From Gemmatimonadota bacterium (GTDB lineage: Bacteria; Latescibacterota; UBA2968; UBA8231): a DNA stretch of 64,000 bases. The notes under the pieces were generated by a model. That model was given only the letters and a program-made list of their open reading frames with translations, ran no database searches and had not been told where the DNA came from. The stretch spans positions 25,537-89,536 of the forward strand of contig JAYOYH010000016.1 in the NCBI GenBank assembly GCA_038153405.1, in the 5' to 3' direction. Positions 21,819 through 30,892 of this stretch are shown piece by piece. Position numbers and translations under genes: made by a program. Position 1 is the first letter of the stretch. The number at the start of each line of letters is the position of its first letter.

Positions 21819-22868
21819 CTAACGCTTGCGGCTGGTCTTCTTGGCGGCCGTGCCGCGCAGCGCTTTCTTGGTGGTCTTGATAATGACCGCTGCCACCTTG
21901 TAGGGATCCGCGTTGGATGCGGGGCGGCGGTCTTCAAGGCGGCCTTTCCAGCCCTTTTCAATCGTGCCGATCGGTATGCGAATCGATGCGCCGCGGTCCG
22001 ACGCGCCGTAGCTGAACTTGTCGATTGACTGGGTCTCGTGGTGGCCCGTCAGGCGCTGGTCGTTGTCGGCGCCGTATACGGCAATGTGCTCGGAGATATT
22101 TTTGCCAAACTCTTCGCAGATCGTCACGAAGGTCTTCTTGTTGCCGGCGCTGCGCATGGCGCCGTTAGAGAAGTTGGCGTGCATACCCGAACCGTTCCAG
22201 TCGCCCTTGACTGGCTTGGGATGCCAATTGATGACGATGCCGTATTTCTCGGCCGTGCGCTCGAGCAAGTAGCGGCCCAGCCAGATCTGGTCGCCAGCCG
22301 AGCAGGCGCCCTTGGCAAAAATCTGGAATTCCCACTGGCCCATCATCACTTCGGCGTTAATGCCCTCGACATTTAGACCCACTTCCAAGCACAGGTGCAG
22401 GTGTTCGTCGACCAGATCGCGACCATAGGTGTTTTGCGAACCGACGGAGGTGTAGTAGGGGCCCTGTGGACGCGGATAGCCGCCCTTGGGGAAGCCAAGG
22501 GGGAGGTTGGTTTCCGGATCCCACAGCGTGTACTCCTGCTCAAAACCAAACCAGAAGTCGTCGTCGTCGTCGTTGATCGTAGCGCGACCGTTGGTTTCGT
22601 GCGGCGTTCCGTTGGCGTTTAATACTTCCGTCACGATTAGCCAGCCGTTGCCGCCAAAGCGGTCGGGATCGGGGTAAGCCGCGACGGGTTTGAGCAGACA
22701 GTCGGACGAACCACCCGTTGCCTGTTCCGTCGAAGAACCGTCAAAAGACCATATGGGTGCATCGGCGACGTCGCCTGAGAAATCATCGACGATGAGGGTT
22801 TTGCTGCGCAGGCTCTGCGTGGGATGATACCCATCGAGCCAGATATACTCCAACTTGCACTTAGCCAT
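21819..22868 (-). CDS. glnII: glutamine synthetase type II
   Basis: 349 aa; LEYIWLDG, WSFDGSST, WFGFEQEY, PQGPYY, GINAEV..GQWEFQ, DWNGSGMHANFS, RLTG.HET, DRGASIRIP, LEDRRPASNADPY. Confidence 0.96.
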   Translation of the reverse strand: MAKCKLEYIWLDGYHPTQSLRSKTLIVDDFSGDVADAPIWSFDGSSTEQATGGSSDCLLKPVAAYPDPDRFGGNGWLIVTEVLNANGTPHETNGRATINDDDDDFWFGFEQEYTLWDPETNLPLGFPKGGYPRPQGPYYTSVGSQNTYGRDLVDEHLHLCLEVGLNVEGINAEVMMGQWEFQIFAKGACSAGDQIWLGRYLLERTAEKYGIVINWHPKPVKGDWNGSGMHANFSNGAMRSAGNKKTFVTICEEFGKNISEHIAVYGADNDQRLTGHHETQSIDKFSYGASDRGASIRIPIGTIEKGWKGRLEDRRPASNADPYKVAAVIIKTTKKALRGTAAKKTSRKR

Positions 22869-23016
22869 CTTAGAAACCTCTCCTATCGGGGTTTTAGGTG
22901 AAAGAGACTGGCTGATCGAGCCGTGAACCGCCCCAGTTGCTGGGCCGTTCGCCTGCTCATTATGCTCTCCTAGTGCTCTATCCGATTTGCAGTTGCAATA
23001 CTACGTAGCGACTTTT

Positions 23017-23032
23017 AGCAATTCGCGTTCCA
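23017..23032 (-). promoter_or_regulatory. sigma54 (-24/-12) promoter for glnII
   Basis: minus strand reads TGGAACGCGAATTGCT, a GG-N10-GC with TTGC, ~150 bp upstream of the glnII start. Confidence 0.8.
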
Positions 23033-23073
23033 CGAAAAAACGGGACCGATCTGCGCGCATGTCGGGTAACTCT

Positions 23074-23092
23074 TATTTGTACAAATAGTTGA
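23074..23092. promoter_or_regulatory. 14-bp palindrome overlapping an IHF-like site
   Basis: TATTTGTACAAATA is a perfect palindrome; minus-strand TTTCAACTATTTG has one mismatch to WATCAANNNNTTR. Confidence 0.5.
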
Positions 23093-23162
23093 AAAAAATA
23101 GTCTTATGTGATTTTAAAGATCGGCCGTAATCCGTATATGCAGCCTGTTGGATGAGACATAT

Positions 23163-23335
23163 ACAACATTTTTGTTGTTTTTATAGCAAGCGAGACTAAT
23201 AACATAAGGATATTCGTCAGAGGACACAAAAAATATCTCAGGTATAAAAAAAATGGGGGTAAAGAAGGCGCGGTTGGCGAGCGGGAGGTCAAGAGCAGAT
23301 CTATTAAATGCAACATTTTTGTGGTTTTTTAGCAG
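23163..23335. promoter_or_regulatory. pair of ~25-bp repeated candidate enhancer/operator sites
   Basis: CAACATTTTTGTTGTTTTTATAGCA at 23164 and CAACATTTTTGTGGTTTTTTAGCA at 23311; first core is the dyad ACAACA-N4-TGTTGT. Confidence 0.55.
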
Positions 23336-23604
23336 AAAAGTACATTAATGTGGTATGGCGAGGGGCTTGGCGCTAAGGGAGCATTCCAGGACGAGCCGTG
23401 GGGCGTTAAGCGGTGCTTGTGTCGCGGGTTGTGGACCTTTGGCACGTCTCGACAAGATGGGCGGCGGCTGCCCGCGTTGGATTGCAGTCGCTGCGTTGAC
23501 GCTCCCATAGCTCTGTTGTAGATTTGACCGCTCCTTTGTGCAAGAGAGCGGATAGAGTTCAGGTGAAACGGGTTCCTTCAATTCATGCGGTGCTGCGGTT
23601 GCCG

Positions 23605-24738
23605 ATGCGTATCTCCTGTATCGCGGCGCTGCTGTTGGCCTGCGGCGCTGGCGATCGCACTGTGCGCGAGTTGGCTCCGGGGGTGTCCTATCACAAGGTG
23701 CATCTGTTGGAAGGCCCCTGGTGGATTCACATCGTCGAGGTCGACCTGTCCCGCGCCTGGCGAGAGGGCATTCGCCTGCGCACGGCCAATGCGCCCGCCG
23801 AGCAGGGGGGCGTAGAGCGCACCAGCGTGCTGGGGCAGGAGGCGCTGGCGGCGATAAATGGCGATTTCTTTTACACGAGCGAGACGAGCCATGCGGCCGG
23901 TTTGCAGATTAGCGAGGGGATGCTTCTACAGGGGCCGCAGCGGCGCTCGGCGCTTGCCATTTCGCGCAGCGGCAAACCGCTCATCGCCTCGTTTGGCATG
24001 GATATGGGCGTGGTCTTGTCGAGTGGGCAGGTCGTGCCCATAAGCGGCTTTAACCGCGCGCCACGCGAAGGGGAACTGACCCTCTACAACGTTCGTGCCC
24101 AGTCCTGGCGCGACTCCGTTCACGCCGAATTTGGCTTTCAACTGCAGAGTTTGCAGGGGTTCTCTATATTGAACGACACCTTGGCCGTACAGGTGCTGCA
24201 ACTGCGCCGGCGCGCTTGGCCGCTGGTCTTGGAGCGCGGCCAGTGGTTGATTGCCGCCGATAGCGGGCGCGGCGACGTTGCCCGCATCGCGCCCGGCGAT
24301 ACGCTGCGGCTGTTTTGCCGCCTGCCGCCTGCCGGCGAAGCGCTGCAGGAGGCCTTGGGCGGCGGACCGCGCATCCTGCGCGACGGGGCCATATCGATTG
24401 AGTACGAGCGGGAGGGATTGAGTCCGGCATTTGCCCAAGAGCGCCATCCGCGCACGGCCGTCGGCTATACGCAAAATGGTCAGGTTCTCTTTCTCGTCGT
24501 CGTCGATGGGCGCCAGCCCGGCTTTAGCGTCGGCATGACGCTAGAAGAACTGGCCCACTTTATGCGACTGCGCTTGGCCGATTTTTCGCTGGTGCGAGAG
24601 AATGCCTATCAGGCGCTCAACCTCGACGGCGGCGGCTCGACGACGATGGCTGTCAAAGGCGAGGTGGTCAATAGCCCATCCGATCAGACCGGCGAGCGCC
24701 CCGTAGCCAATGCGCTCTTGGTCGTGAAGGGACCGTAG
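23605..24738 (+). CDS. phosphodiester glycosidase (NAGPA) family lipoprotein
   Basis: AAINGDFF, GGGPRIL, HPRTAVG, VVVDGRQ, ALNLDGGGSTTM, ERPVANAL; lipobox LLLAC. Confidence 0.9.
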   Translation: MRISCIAALLLACGAGDRTVRELAPGVSYHKVHLLEGPWWIHIVEVDLSRAWREGIRLRTANAPAEQGGVERTSVLGQEALAAINGDFFYTSETSHAAGLQISEGMLLQGPQRRSALAISRSGKPLIASFGMDMGVVLSSGQVVPISGFNRAPREGELTLYNVRAQSWRDSVHAEFGFQLQSLQGFSILNDTLAVQVLQLRRRAWPLVLERGQWLIAADSGRGDVARIAPGDTLRLFCRLPPAGEALQEALGGGPRILRDGAISIEYEREGLSPAFAQERHPRTAVGYTQNGQVLFLVVVDGRQPGFSVGMTLEELAHFMRLRLADFSLVRENAYQALNLDGGGSTTMAVKGEVVNSPSDQTGERPVANALLVVKGP

Positions 24739-24741
24739 GGA

Positions 24742-25806
24742 ATGGTGTTATTCAGGGCAGACGATCTGCGCGCGCTGGGCCGCGCGCTCTTTATTCGCGT
24801 TGGCGTGCGCCCGGACGACGCCGAACTCGTAGCGGATCATCTAGTCGAGTCGGGTCTGCTGGGCCACGATACGCATAGCGTCTTGCGCCTGCCGCAGTAT
24901 GTGAATATGGTGCGCGACGGCGTGGTCGATCCGCAGGGCGCACTGCGCGTGCTCGAAGATAGCACCTATGCGGCGCGTTTGAGCGGTTCGTGGAATTTTG
25001 GGCCGGTGACGGCGACGCGCGCCATGGAGTGCGCGCTGGACAAGTTGGGTGACGGCGGAGCCATTGCGGTTGTTACGGTGCGCGATTGCAACCACATAGC
25101 GCGTTTGGGGCGTTTTGCGGCACTGGCTACGGTGCGCGACTGCATTGCGCTGATGGTGGCCAATGGGCACGGCGGCGATTTGGCCGTGGCGCCGTTTGGT
25201 GGCCGTGCCCGGCGCTTGCCGACCAATCCGATCTGCGTAGGTATTCCCACGGGCCTAGCGTGGCCGCTGGTGCTCGATATGACCACCAGCATGACATCGG
25301 GCGGCGACTTGCGGCTTCTGCGCAATCTCGGTAGACCCGCACCCGCTGGATCGATCGTAGACTCGGATGGCGCGCCGACTACCGACGTGGAAAAATACTA
25401 CGGTCCACCGCCGGGCGCGGCGCTGCCGCTGGGCGTGCCGACGAGCGCTCACAAGGGGTTTGGTCTAGGCGTGCTGGTCGACGTCTTGGCCGGCGCCCTG
25501 TCGGGTGCCGAGTGCAGCAAAGAAACTTATCAGCGCTCGGGCAATGCCCTGTTTATCGCCGCGCTGCGGGTGGAGGCATTCCGGCCGTTAGAGGACTTCT
25601 TCGCCGAGGTGCAGGGCTTGGTGGAACGCATCAAGTCGTGTCCGCCCGCAGAGGGCTTTGGCGAGGTCATGCTACCCGGCGAAAATGCCCATCGCCACTA
25701 CGTGCGGCGGGAGCGCGAGGGGTTGGAGGTCGATGCGGTCGCCTGGCAGCAGATCGCCGAATTGGCGAGCGAGTTGGATGTGCAACTGCCCGATCCTGTC
25801 GCGTGA
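24742..25806 (+). CDS. Ldh_2 (malate/L-lactate dehydrogenase type 2) family oxidoreductase
   Basis: GHDTH..RL..Y, NHIARLG, TNP, LDMTTS, HKGFGL, LPGE. Confidence 0.92.
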   Translation: MVLFRADDLRALGRALFIRVGVRPDDAELVADHLVESGLLGHDTHSVLRLPQYVNMVRDGVVDPQGALRVLEDSTYAARLSGSWNFGPVTATRAMECALDKLGDGGAIAVVTVRDCNHIARLGRFAALATVRDCIALMVANGHGGDLAVAPFGGRARRLPTNPICVGIPTGLAWPLVLDMTTSMTSGGDLRLLRNLGRPAPAGSIVDSDGAPTTDVEKYYGPPPGAALPLGVPTSAHKGFGLGVLVDVLAGALSGAECSKETYQRSGNALFIAALRVEAFRPLEDFFAEVQGLVERIKSCPPAEGFGEVMLPGENAHRHYVRREREGLEVDAVAWQQIAELASELDVQLPDPVA

Positions 25807-25852
25807 GAACGATATTGCACCGCACTGTCAAACAACGGATGGAGGTTTTGAA

Positions 25853-26848
25853 ATGCTCGATATAGGCATCGTAGGTCTCGGTGGGATAGGCAACAATCAT
25901 GCTCGGTGCTACACGGAAAATAAACACGCGCGCGTAGTTGCCGTGTGCGACGTCATACGAGAGCGGGCCGACGCGGCGGCCGAGCGCTGGAATGCACGGG
26001 CGTTTTACAGCATCAAGGAAATGCTCAAGAGCGGAATCCATCTCGACGCCTGCTCCGTTACGACGGCGGGCGTGGAAAACGGCGGCGACCACTACGAACC
26101 GACGATGGAATTGCTCAAAGCGGGACTGCCAGTGTTGGGTGAGAAGCCGATTTCCAACGATGTGAGCAAGGCGCGCAAGATGGTGGCGCTGGCCAAGAAA
26201 AAGCGCCTGCGCTACGGAGTAAATCTCAACCACCGCTTTACGCCAGCGGCCGTGCGCGCCAAAGAGTGGTTGCAGGCTGGGCGTCTGGGCGAGCTCAATA
26301 TCGTCAATATGACTATGTGGATTAACAATCCCAACGAGTCGAGTCCGTGGTTTCACATCCGCGCTCTCCATCCCCACTCGCTCGACGTGATGCGCTATTT
26401 TGCCGGCGACGTCGACAAGGTGCAGGCCTTCTTCAAAAAGGGCAAGGGGCGCAAAATTTGGTCCAACGTGCAGGCCAACTTGCAGTTTAAGAATGGCGTG
26501 ATCGGCCACCTGACGGGCAGCTACGACGCGGGCGGTAGCTACGGCTTGGAGACGCTGGAATTGGTGGGGTCAGAAGGCCGCGTGGTTATCAACGAGGCCT
26601 GCGAGAAGCTGAGTTTTTACCCGCGCTTCTCGCACGAGATCGAAAGCTATGACCACCTGGGCGGAATGGGCTCGTTCCCGGATACATTCCCGTCGCGCAT
26701 TGGCGCTTGGATCGACGATCTGCGCAACAACACGCCGCCCAGTAAGGTCGATGCCAAGGCCGAAGATGCACTGAAAGTGCAGCTTGTCATCGAGTCGATC
26801 ATCAAGTCTTGGGAAACCGGCCAGGTCGTTAAAGTGCCGCAAAAGTAG
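25853..26848 (+). CDS. Gfo/Idh/MocA family oxidoreductase
   Basis: GIVGLGGIG, EKP, NHRF, HSLD; GGAGG RBS before MLDIG. Confidence 0.92.
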   Translation: MLDIGIVGLGGIGNNHARCYTENKHARVVAVCDVIRERADAAAERWNARAFYSIKEMLKSGIHLDACSVTTAGVENGGDHYEPTMELLKAGLPVLGEKPISNDVSKARKMVALAKKKRLRYGVNLNHRFTPAAVRAKEWLQAGRLGELNIVNMTMWINNPNESSPWFHIRALHPHSLDVMRYFAGDVDKVQAFFKKGKGRKIWSNVQANLQFKNGVIGHLTGSYDAGGSYGLETLELVGSEGRVVINEACEKLSFYPRFSHEIESYDHLGGMGSFPDTFPSRIGAWIDDLRNNTPPSKVDAKAEDALKVQLVIESIIKSWETGQVVKVPQK

Positions 26849-26850
26849 CC

Positions 26851-27846
26851 ATGATACGCACTGCAGTCATTGGGCTTGGTCCAATTGGCAATCGCCATGC
26901 CAAGCTATACAACGAAATGGACAACGCCGAGTTGCTCGGCGTGTGCGACGTAGATCGCGCCCGGGCCGATGCGGCGGCCAAGAAGCACGGCACGCGCGCC
27001 TTCTACGGCGTGCAGGACATGATCGAATCCGTCGAATTGGATATGGTTAGCGTCACCACGGGCGGCGAGGAGTACGGCAGCGACCACTACCAACCGACGA
27101 TCGACGCGCTGCAGGCCGGACTGCACGTGCTGGGTGAAAAGCCCATTTCCAACGAGATTGCCCCGGCCGAAGAGATGGTGGCGCTGGCGCGCGAAAAGGG
27201 CCTGTGCTACGGCATCAATATGAACCATCGCTTTACGCCGGCCGCGCGCTTGGCTAAGCAGTGGATGGACGATGGCCGCATTGGCGACCTGCTCTTTATG
27301 AATATGAGCATGTGGATTATGAATCCGCGCGAGTCGAGTCCGTGGTTTCAAATCAAGGCGCTGCATCCGCACACCGTAGATATTATGCGCTACTACTGCG
27401 GTGAAATTGAGTGCGTGCAGTGCTTTGCCCTCAAGGCGCCGGGCAGGTCGATCTATTCTACGGCGCAGTTCAATATGCGCTTTAAAAACGGCTGTCTGGG
27501 CCATTTGACCGGCAGCTATGACATCGAGCGCGGACACCCGATGGAGCGCTGCGAAGTGGCCGGCGTCCGTGGGCGCTTCGTAATCGATGATATGTACCGC
27601 GAAGCAACGCTCTTTCCGGCTGGCCAGATGGAGAAGCGCGTGTATTCGAATCCGATTTTTGGCGGCATGGGCGATTTTGAAGACACGTTTCGCAACCGCC
27701 TGCGCCGCTTTGTCGAGCAGCTTGAAGAGGGGGCCAAGCCCGAGGAAATCGATGGCTCTGGACTTGACGGACTGAAGGCGCAGAAGGTGTTGGCTGCGGC
27801 GATCCGTTCCGTCGAAAGCGAAGCTGTCGTCTACGTGGAGGATTAG
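26851..27846 (+). CDS. Gfo/Idh/MocA family oxidoreductase (paralog of the upstream gene)
   Basis: AVIGLGPIG, EKPISN, NHRFTPAA, ALHPHTVD. Confidence 0.92.
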   Translation: MIRTAVIGLGPIGNRHAKLYNEMDNAELLGVCDVDRARADAAAKKHGTRAFYGVQDMIESVELDMVSVTTGGEEYGSDHYQPTIDALQAGLHVLGEKPISNEIAPAEEMVALAREKGLCYGINMNHRFTPAARLAKQWMDDGRIGDLLFMNMSMWIMNPRESSPWFQIKALHPHTVDIMRYYCGEIECVQCFALKAPGRSIYSTAQFNMRFKNGCLGHLTGSYDIERGHPMERCEVAGVRGRFVIDDMYREATLFPAGQMEKRVYSNPIFGGMGDFEDTFRNRLRRFVEQLEEGAKPEEIDGSGLDGLKAQKVLAAAIRSVESEAVVYVED

Positions 27847-28488
27847 GTGGAGTACAATGAAAAAATGCTCGCGGCCAAGGCGCGGCTATTGGAGCGCTTC
27901 AAAGCGAGGGAGCGAGGCCAGGGCGACCCTACCCGCGATCGCCTGCCGCCGGGGCAGCACTTGACCAAAGGTTTTCCCGTGCTCGATTTGGGAGTGAAGC
28001 CGAAGTTCCATCCCAAGCGTTGGCGCTTCCAGGTCGAGGGCGAGGTCGAAGAGGGGCTCGACCTCGATTGGGATGGCTTTGCCGCCTTGCCACGCGTCCG
28101 CTCAGAGAGCGATTTTCACTGCGTGACAACCTGGTCAAAATTCGATGTGGAGTGGGGCGGCGTGCCGTTTATCGAGGTCGCCGCACGCGTGCGGCCTACG
28201 GAAGCAGCGCGTTTTGTCATCGTGCACTCGGCCGACGGCTACACCACCAACGTGCCGCTGGCCGACTGCCTCGACGACGACGTCATTCTCGCCGATGCGC
28301 TCTTTGGCCAACCTCTCCCCTTAGAGCACGGTGGGCCGATGCGCTTGGTCGTTCCTAAACTCTACGCGTGGAAGTCGGCCAAATTCGTGCGGAAATTGGT
28401 GTTCGTCAAAGAGGACCAGCCCGGGTTTTGGGAGGAGCGCGGCTACCACGATCGCGGCGATCCGTGGCAAGAGGAGCGCTACCGGTAG
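27847..28488 (+). CDS. sulfite oxidase-like molybdopterin-binding oxidoreductase
   Basis: RLPPGQ, DFHCVTTWS, EHGGPMRLVVPKLYAWKSAK, GFWE.RGYH. Confidence 0.93.
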   Translation: MEYNEKMLAAKARLLERFKARERGQGDPTRDRLPPGQHLTKGFPVLDLGVKPKFHPKRWRFQVEGEVEEGLDLDWDGFAALPRVRSESDFHCVTTWSKFDVEWGGVPFIEVAARVRPTEAARFVIVHSADGYTTNVPLADCLDDDVILADALFGQPLPLEHGGPMRLVVPKLYAWKSAKFVRKLVFVKEDQPGFWEERGYHDRGDPWQEERYR

Positions 28489-28958
28489 GCGCGACCCAAA
28501 TTTTGCCGGAGTCGCTCGATGGACTGTTCGAGCCCTTGGCCGATGGCGTTGGCCTGTTTCAAGCGTTCGGGAAATTGATCGAAGAGCGCCGCATCCTGCT
28601 GGCGCACCCCCTCCAATATGAGGTCGAAGGCCTCCAAGCGCAGGCGCAGGTAGTCCTGCAGCAGCTGGTGCGTGGGCTGTAGATCGGTCAGCGTCGGCTG
28701 CAGCGCGGCGGCCTGCTCGGCCAACTGGGCCACTAGGGGGCGGAAGCGCTGTTCGACGAGTGGATAGATGACCTCGATATCAACCGAATCGGTCGGTACG
28801 GCCCGCTCTATGTCCACTTCCAACGAGCGCACGCTCTGTATGATGACGCCCACTTCATCGAGATAGCGCACGGCCCGCTCTGCATCGTTGCCCTCTGTCG
28901 CATCTTCATTGGCGCAGCCCAGTGCGAGGAGCAGGGTGATTGAAATCAGAAACTTCAA
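28479..28958 (-). CDS. hypothetical lipoprotein (helical)
   Basis: MKFLISITLLLALGC lipobox followed by an amphipathic helical sequence. Confidence 0.75.
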   Translation of the reverse strand: MKFLISITLLLALGCANEDATEGNDAERAVRYLDEVGVIIQSVRSLEVDIERAVPTDSVDIEVIYPLVEQRFRPLVAQLAEQAAALQPTLTDLQPTHQLLQDYLRLRLEAFDLILEGVRQQDAALFDQFPERLKQANAIGQGLEQSIERLRQNLGRAYR

Positions 28959-28971
28959 CGATTTGATGTCC

Positions 28972-29808
28972 TTATAGAATGTATTCGCCCCCCTCGCAGC
29001 CGGCTTCTATTGGCATGGGGACATGGGATAGCGCTTTGACTGTGGCATCTAACGCATCGTCGGTGCGCGCGGGGTGATGGTTAAAGAGGATCAGGCGCTT
29101 TGCGCCGGCTCGGCAGGCCACATCGACGGCCTGCTGCGGACAGCTGTGTCCCAAGCCCTGCTGCGCCGGGTATTCGTCGTCGCTGTAATAGGCGTCGTGG
29201 ATAAGTAGGTCGGCCCCGCGGCACAGCGCCACCGCGCGCGCGCGGCTCGCTTCATCGCGGTACTCGACAACAGGTATGTAGGCGAGGGAGGCTTGGCCGT
29301 CGCTGATGCTGTAGGCCATGCACGGTCCGCCGTGGCTGTGCCCGACTTCGGCGTGCTCGACGCGGAAGTCGGCTAGCTGTAAGGGCTGCGGGTCATCTAA
29401 TTCGCAGACCTCGACTTGGGCACCAATGTTTTCGTAGAAGAAGTTGGGCACCGGACAGTAAGTGGGCTGCATCTGCTCCAGCAGCAGTTCGCGCATGGCG
29501 TGTGCACCGCCGCGGCCGAAGAGGCGAAATGCGTTGCCCGGGATCAACAGGGGCAGGCAAAATGGCACCCCATGTATATGCGACCAGTGGGTGTGGCTGA
29601 ACAGCAGATATGCCTGACCCTGACCGCGGCCAAAGGCGCCGGCAAAAAGGGCGTTGCCCAATCCGTTTAGGCCGATTCCGCCGTCTAGGATGAGCGTTGA
29701 CGCGCCGGAACTTTCCACCTGCACGCAGAGCGTATTGACGCCGTATCGCCTGGTTTCAGAGCGGGGAATAGATATTTCACCGCGCGCGCCCCACAGCCGT
29801 ATTCTCAC
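28972..29808 (-). CDS. MBL-fold metallohydrolase with atypical HTHWSH motif
   Basis: LWGARG, LDGGIG, SHTHWSHIHG, HDAYY, GHS, NHHP. Confidence 0.88.
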   Translation of the reverse strand: MRIRLWGARGEISIPRSETRRYGVNTLCVQVESSGASTLILDGGIGLNGLGNALFAGAFGRGQGQAYLLFSHTHWSHIHGVPFCLPLLIPGNAFRLFGRGGAHAMRELLLEQMQPTYCPVPNFFYENIGAQVEVCELDDPQPLQLADFRVEHAEVGHSHGGPCMAYSISDGQASLAYIPVVEYRDEASRARAVALCRGADLLIHDAYYSDDEYPAQQGLGHSCPQQAVDVACRAGAKRLILFNHHPARTDDALDATVKALSHVPMPIEAGCEGGEYIL

Positions 29809-29820
29809 CCTGCCGCCCTC

Positions 29821-30690
29821 CTATAGCACCAGGTGATCGCCTTCAGCGGCGGCCAGCAAGGTGTTGTCGGGAGCCCGTCTGCCACAGTCTTCGACGAGGG
29901 CGTCGAGCTGCTCATCGCTGCGGTTGGGCGCGTGGTGAAAAAGGGCCGTGCGTCGGACGCGGGCCTCTTCGCTCAGGCGCAGGGCGTCGTCGGTGTGGCT
30001 ATGGCCCCAATCGTCTTTGTACTCATCGGGCAGAAAGAACGAGTCAAAGACCATCAGATCGGCATCCTGGGCCAGTTCAACGGTTCCCCTTTGAAGGGTT
30101 AGCCGCCGATCTTCGAGCACGTCGTCCGTCCCCTCGCCCATACCCGCCCCGTGCAGGCGTGGGCCGTACAGATCGGTATCGCTGACGTAGGCGAATACTT
30201 TGCCCGCGCATTCTATGCGAAAACCGCCCGTGTAGCTCGGATGGTTCAAGCGTTTGCACAAGACGTTGGCCGGTCCAATCTGCCATTGCTGCCCCTCTGC
30301 CAGGTCGGTGAAGTGCAGCGCGGCATTGGCCTGTTCGAGTTGTACGGGAAAGAAGGGTTGTTGCTGCTGTTGATCGAGGATTTGGCAGATTGTTCGATCG
30401 GCGTGTGCCAGCGAATAGATATGAACGCGCGTGCCGCGCTCATGCAGCGGGGCAAAGTAGGGGAAACCGTGGATGTGATCCCAGTGCGTGTGGCTGATGA
30501 GCAAGTGGATTTCGCGCTGGCCGCGCTTGACCAACTGCTCGCCCAGCGCGTAAATACCGGTGCCTGCGTCAATTACGATGCACGAGCCCTGTGCATCGAT
30601 CTCAATACAGGGAGTATTGCCGCCGTAGCGCACGCAGTGTGGTGAGGATACGGGGTAGGAGCCTCGCACGCCCCAGAACGTAACTTCCAT
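29821..30690 (-). CDS. MBL-fold metallohydrolase (RNase Z/phosphodiesterase-like)
   Basis: FWGVRGS, YGGNTPC, DAGTGI, SHTHWDHIHG, WGHS, FHH. Confidence 0.92.
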   Translation of the reverse strand: MEVTFWGVRGSYPVSSPHCVRYGGNTPCIEIDAQGSCIVIDAGTGIYALGEQLVKRGQREIHLLISHTHWDHIHGFPYFAPLHERGTRVHIYSLAHADRTICQILDQQQQQPFFPVQLEQANAALHFTDLAEGQQWQIGPANVLCKRLNHPSYTGGFRIECAGKVFAYVSDTDLYGPRLHGAGMGEGTDDVLEDRRLTLQRGTVELAQDADLMVFDSFFLPDEYKDDWGHSHTDDALRLSEEARVRRTALFHHAPNRSDEQLDALVEDCGRRAPDNTLLAAAEGDHLVL

Positions 30691-30892
30691 CAAACATATC
30701 CGGTCAGTAACTGAGCAATGGCACAAAATAGTATAATATGAATTATGTTGTTAATACACAAGTATTTACTAAGTATCATGGCGGATGCGTGGAACGGCAA
30801 TCTATTTGGTGCATCAACCTCGTAGGCGCGATGTTTACAAGGGGAATGGCGTTTGTTATTATATCGGCACGTCGCGATGTCAAAGGAGATCT

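Noticed and set aside
22869..23006. Glutamine riboswitch in the glnII leader
   Set aside because: Only short hairpins are visible, with no recognisable glnA-motif consensus
23441..23456. TGGCAC as a second sigma54 site on the plus strand
   Set aside because: The -12 position reads GACA rather than TTGC
23104..23581. ORFs 23104-23316 and 23345-23581 in the large intergenic region
   Set aside because: AT-rich regulatory DNA with atypical codon usage and no RBS or motifs
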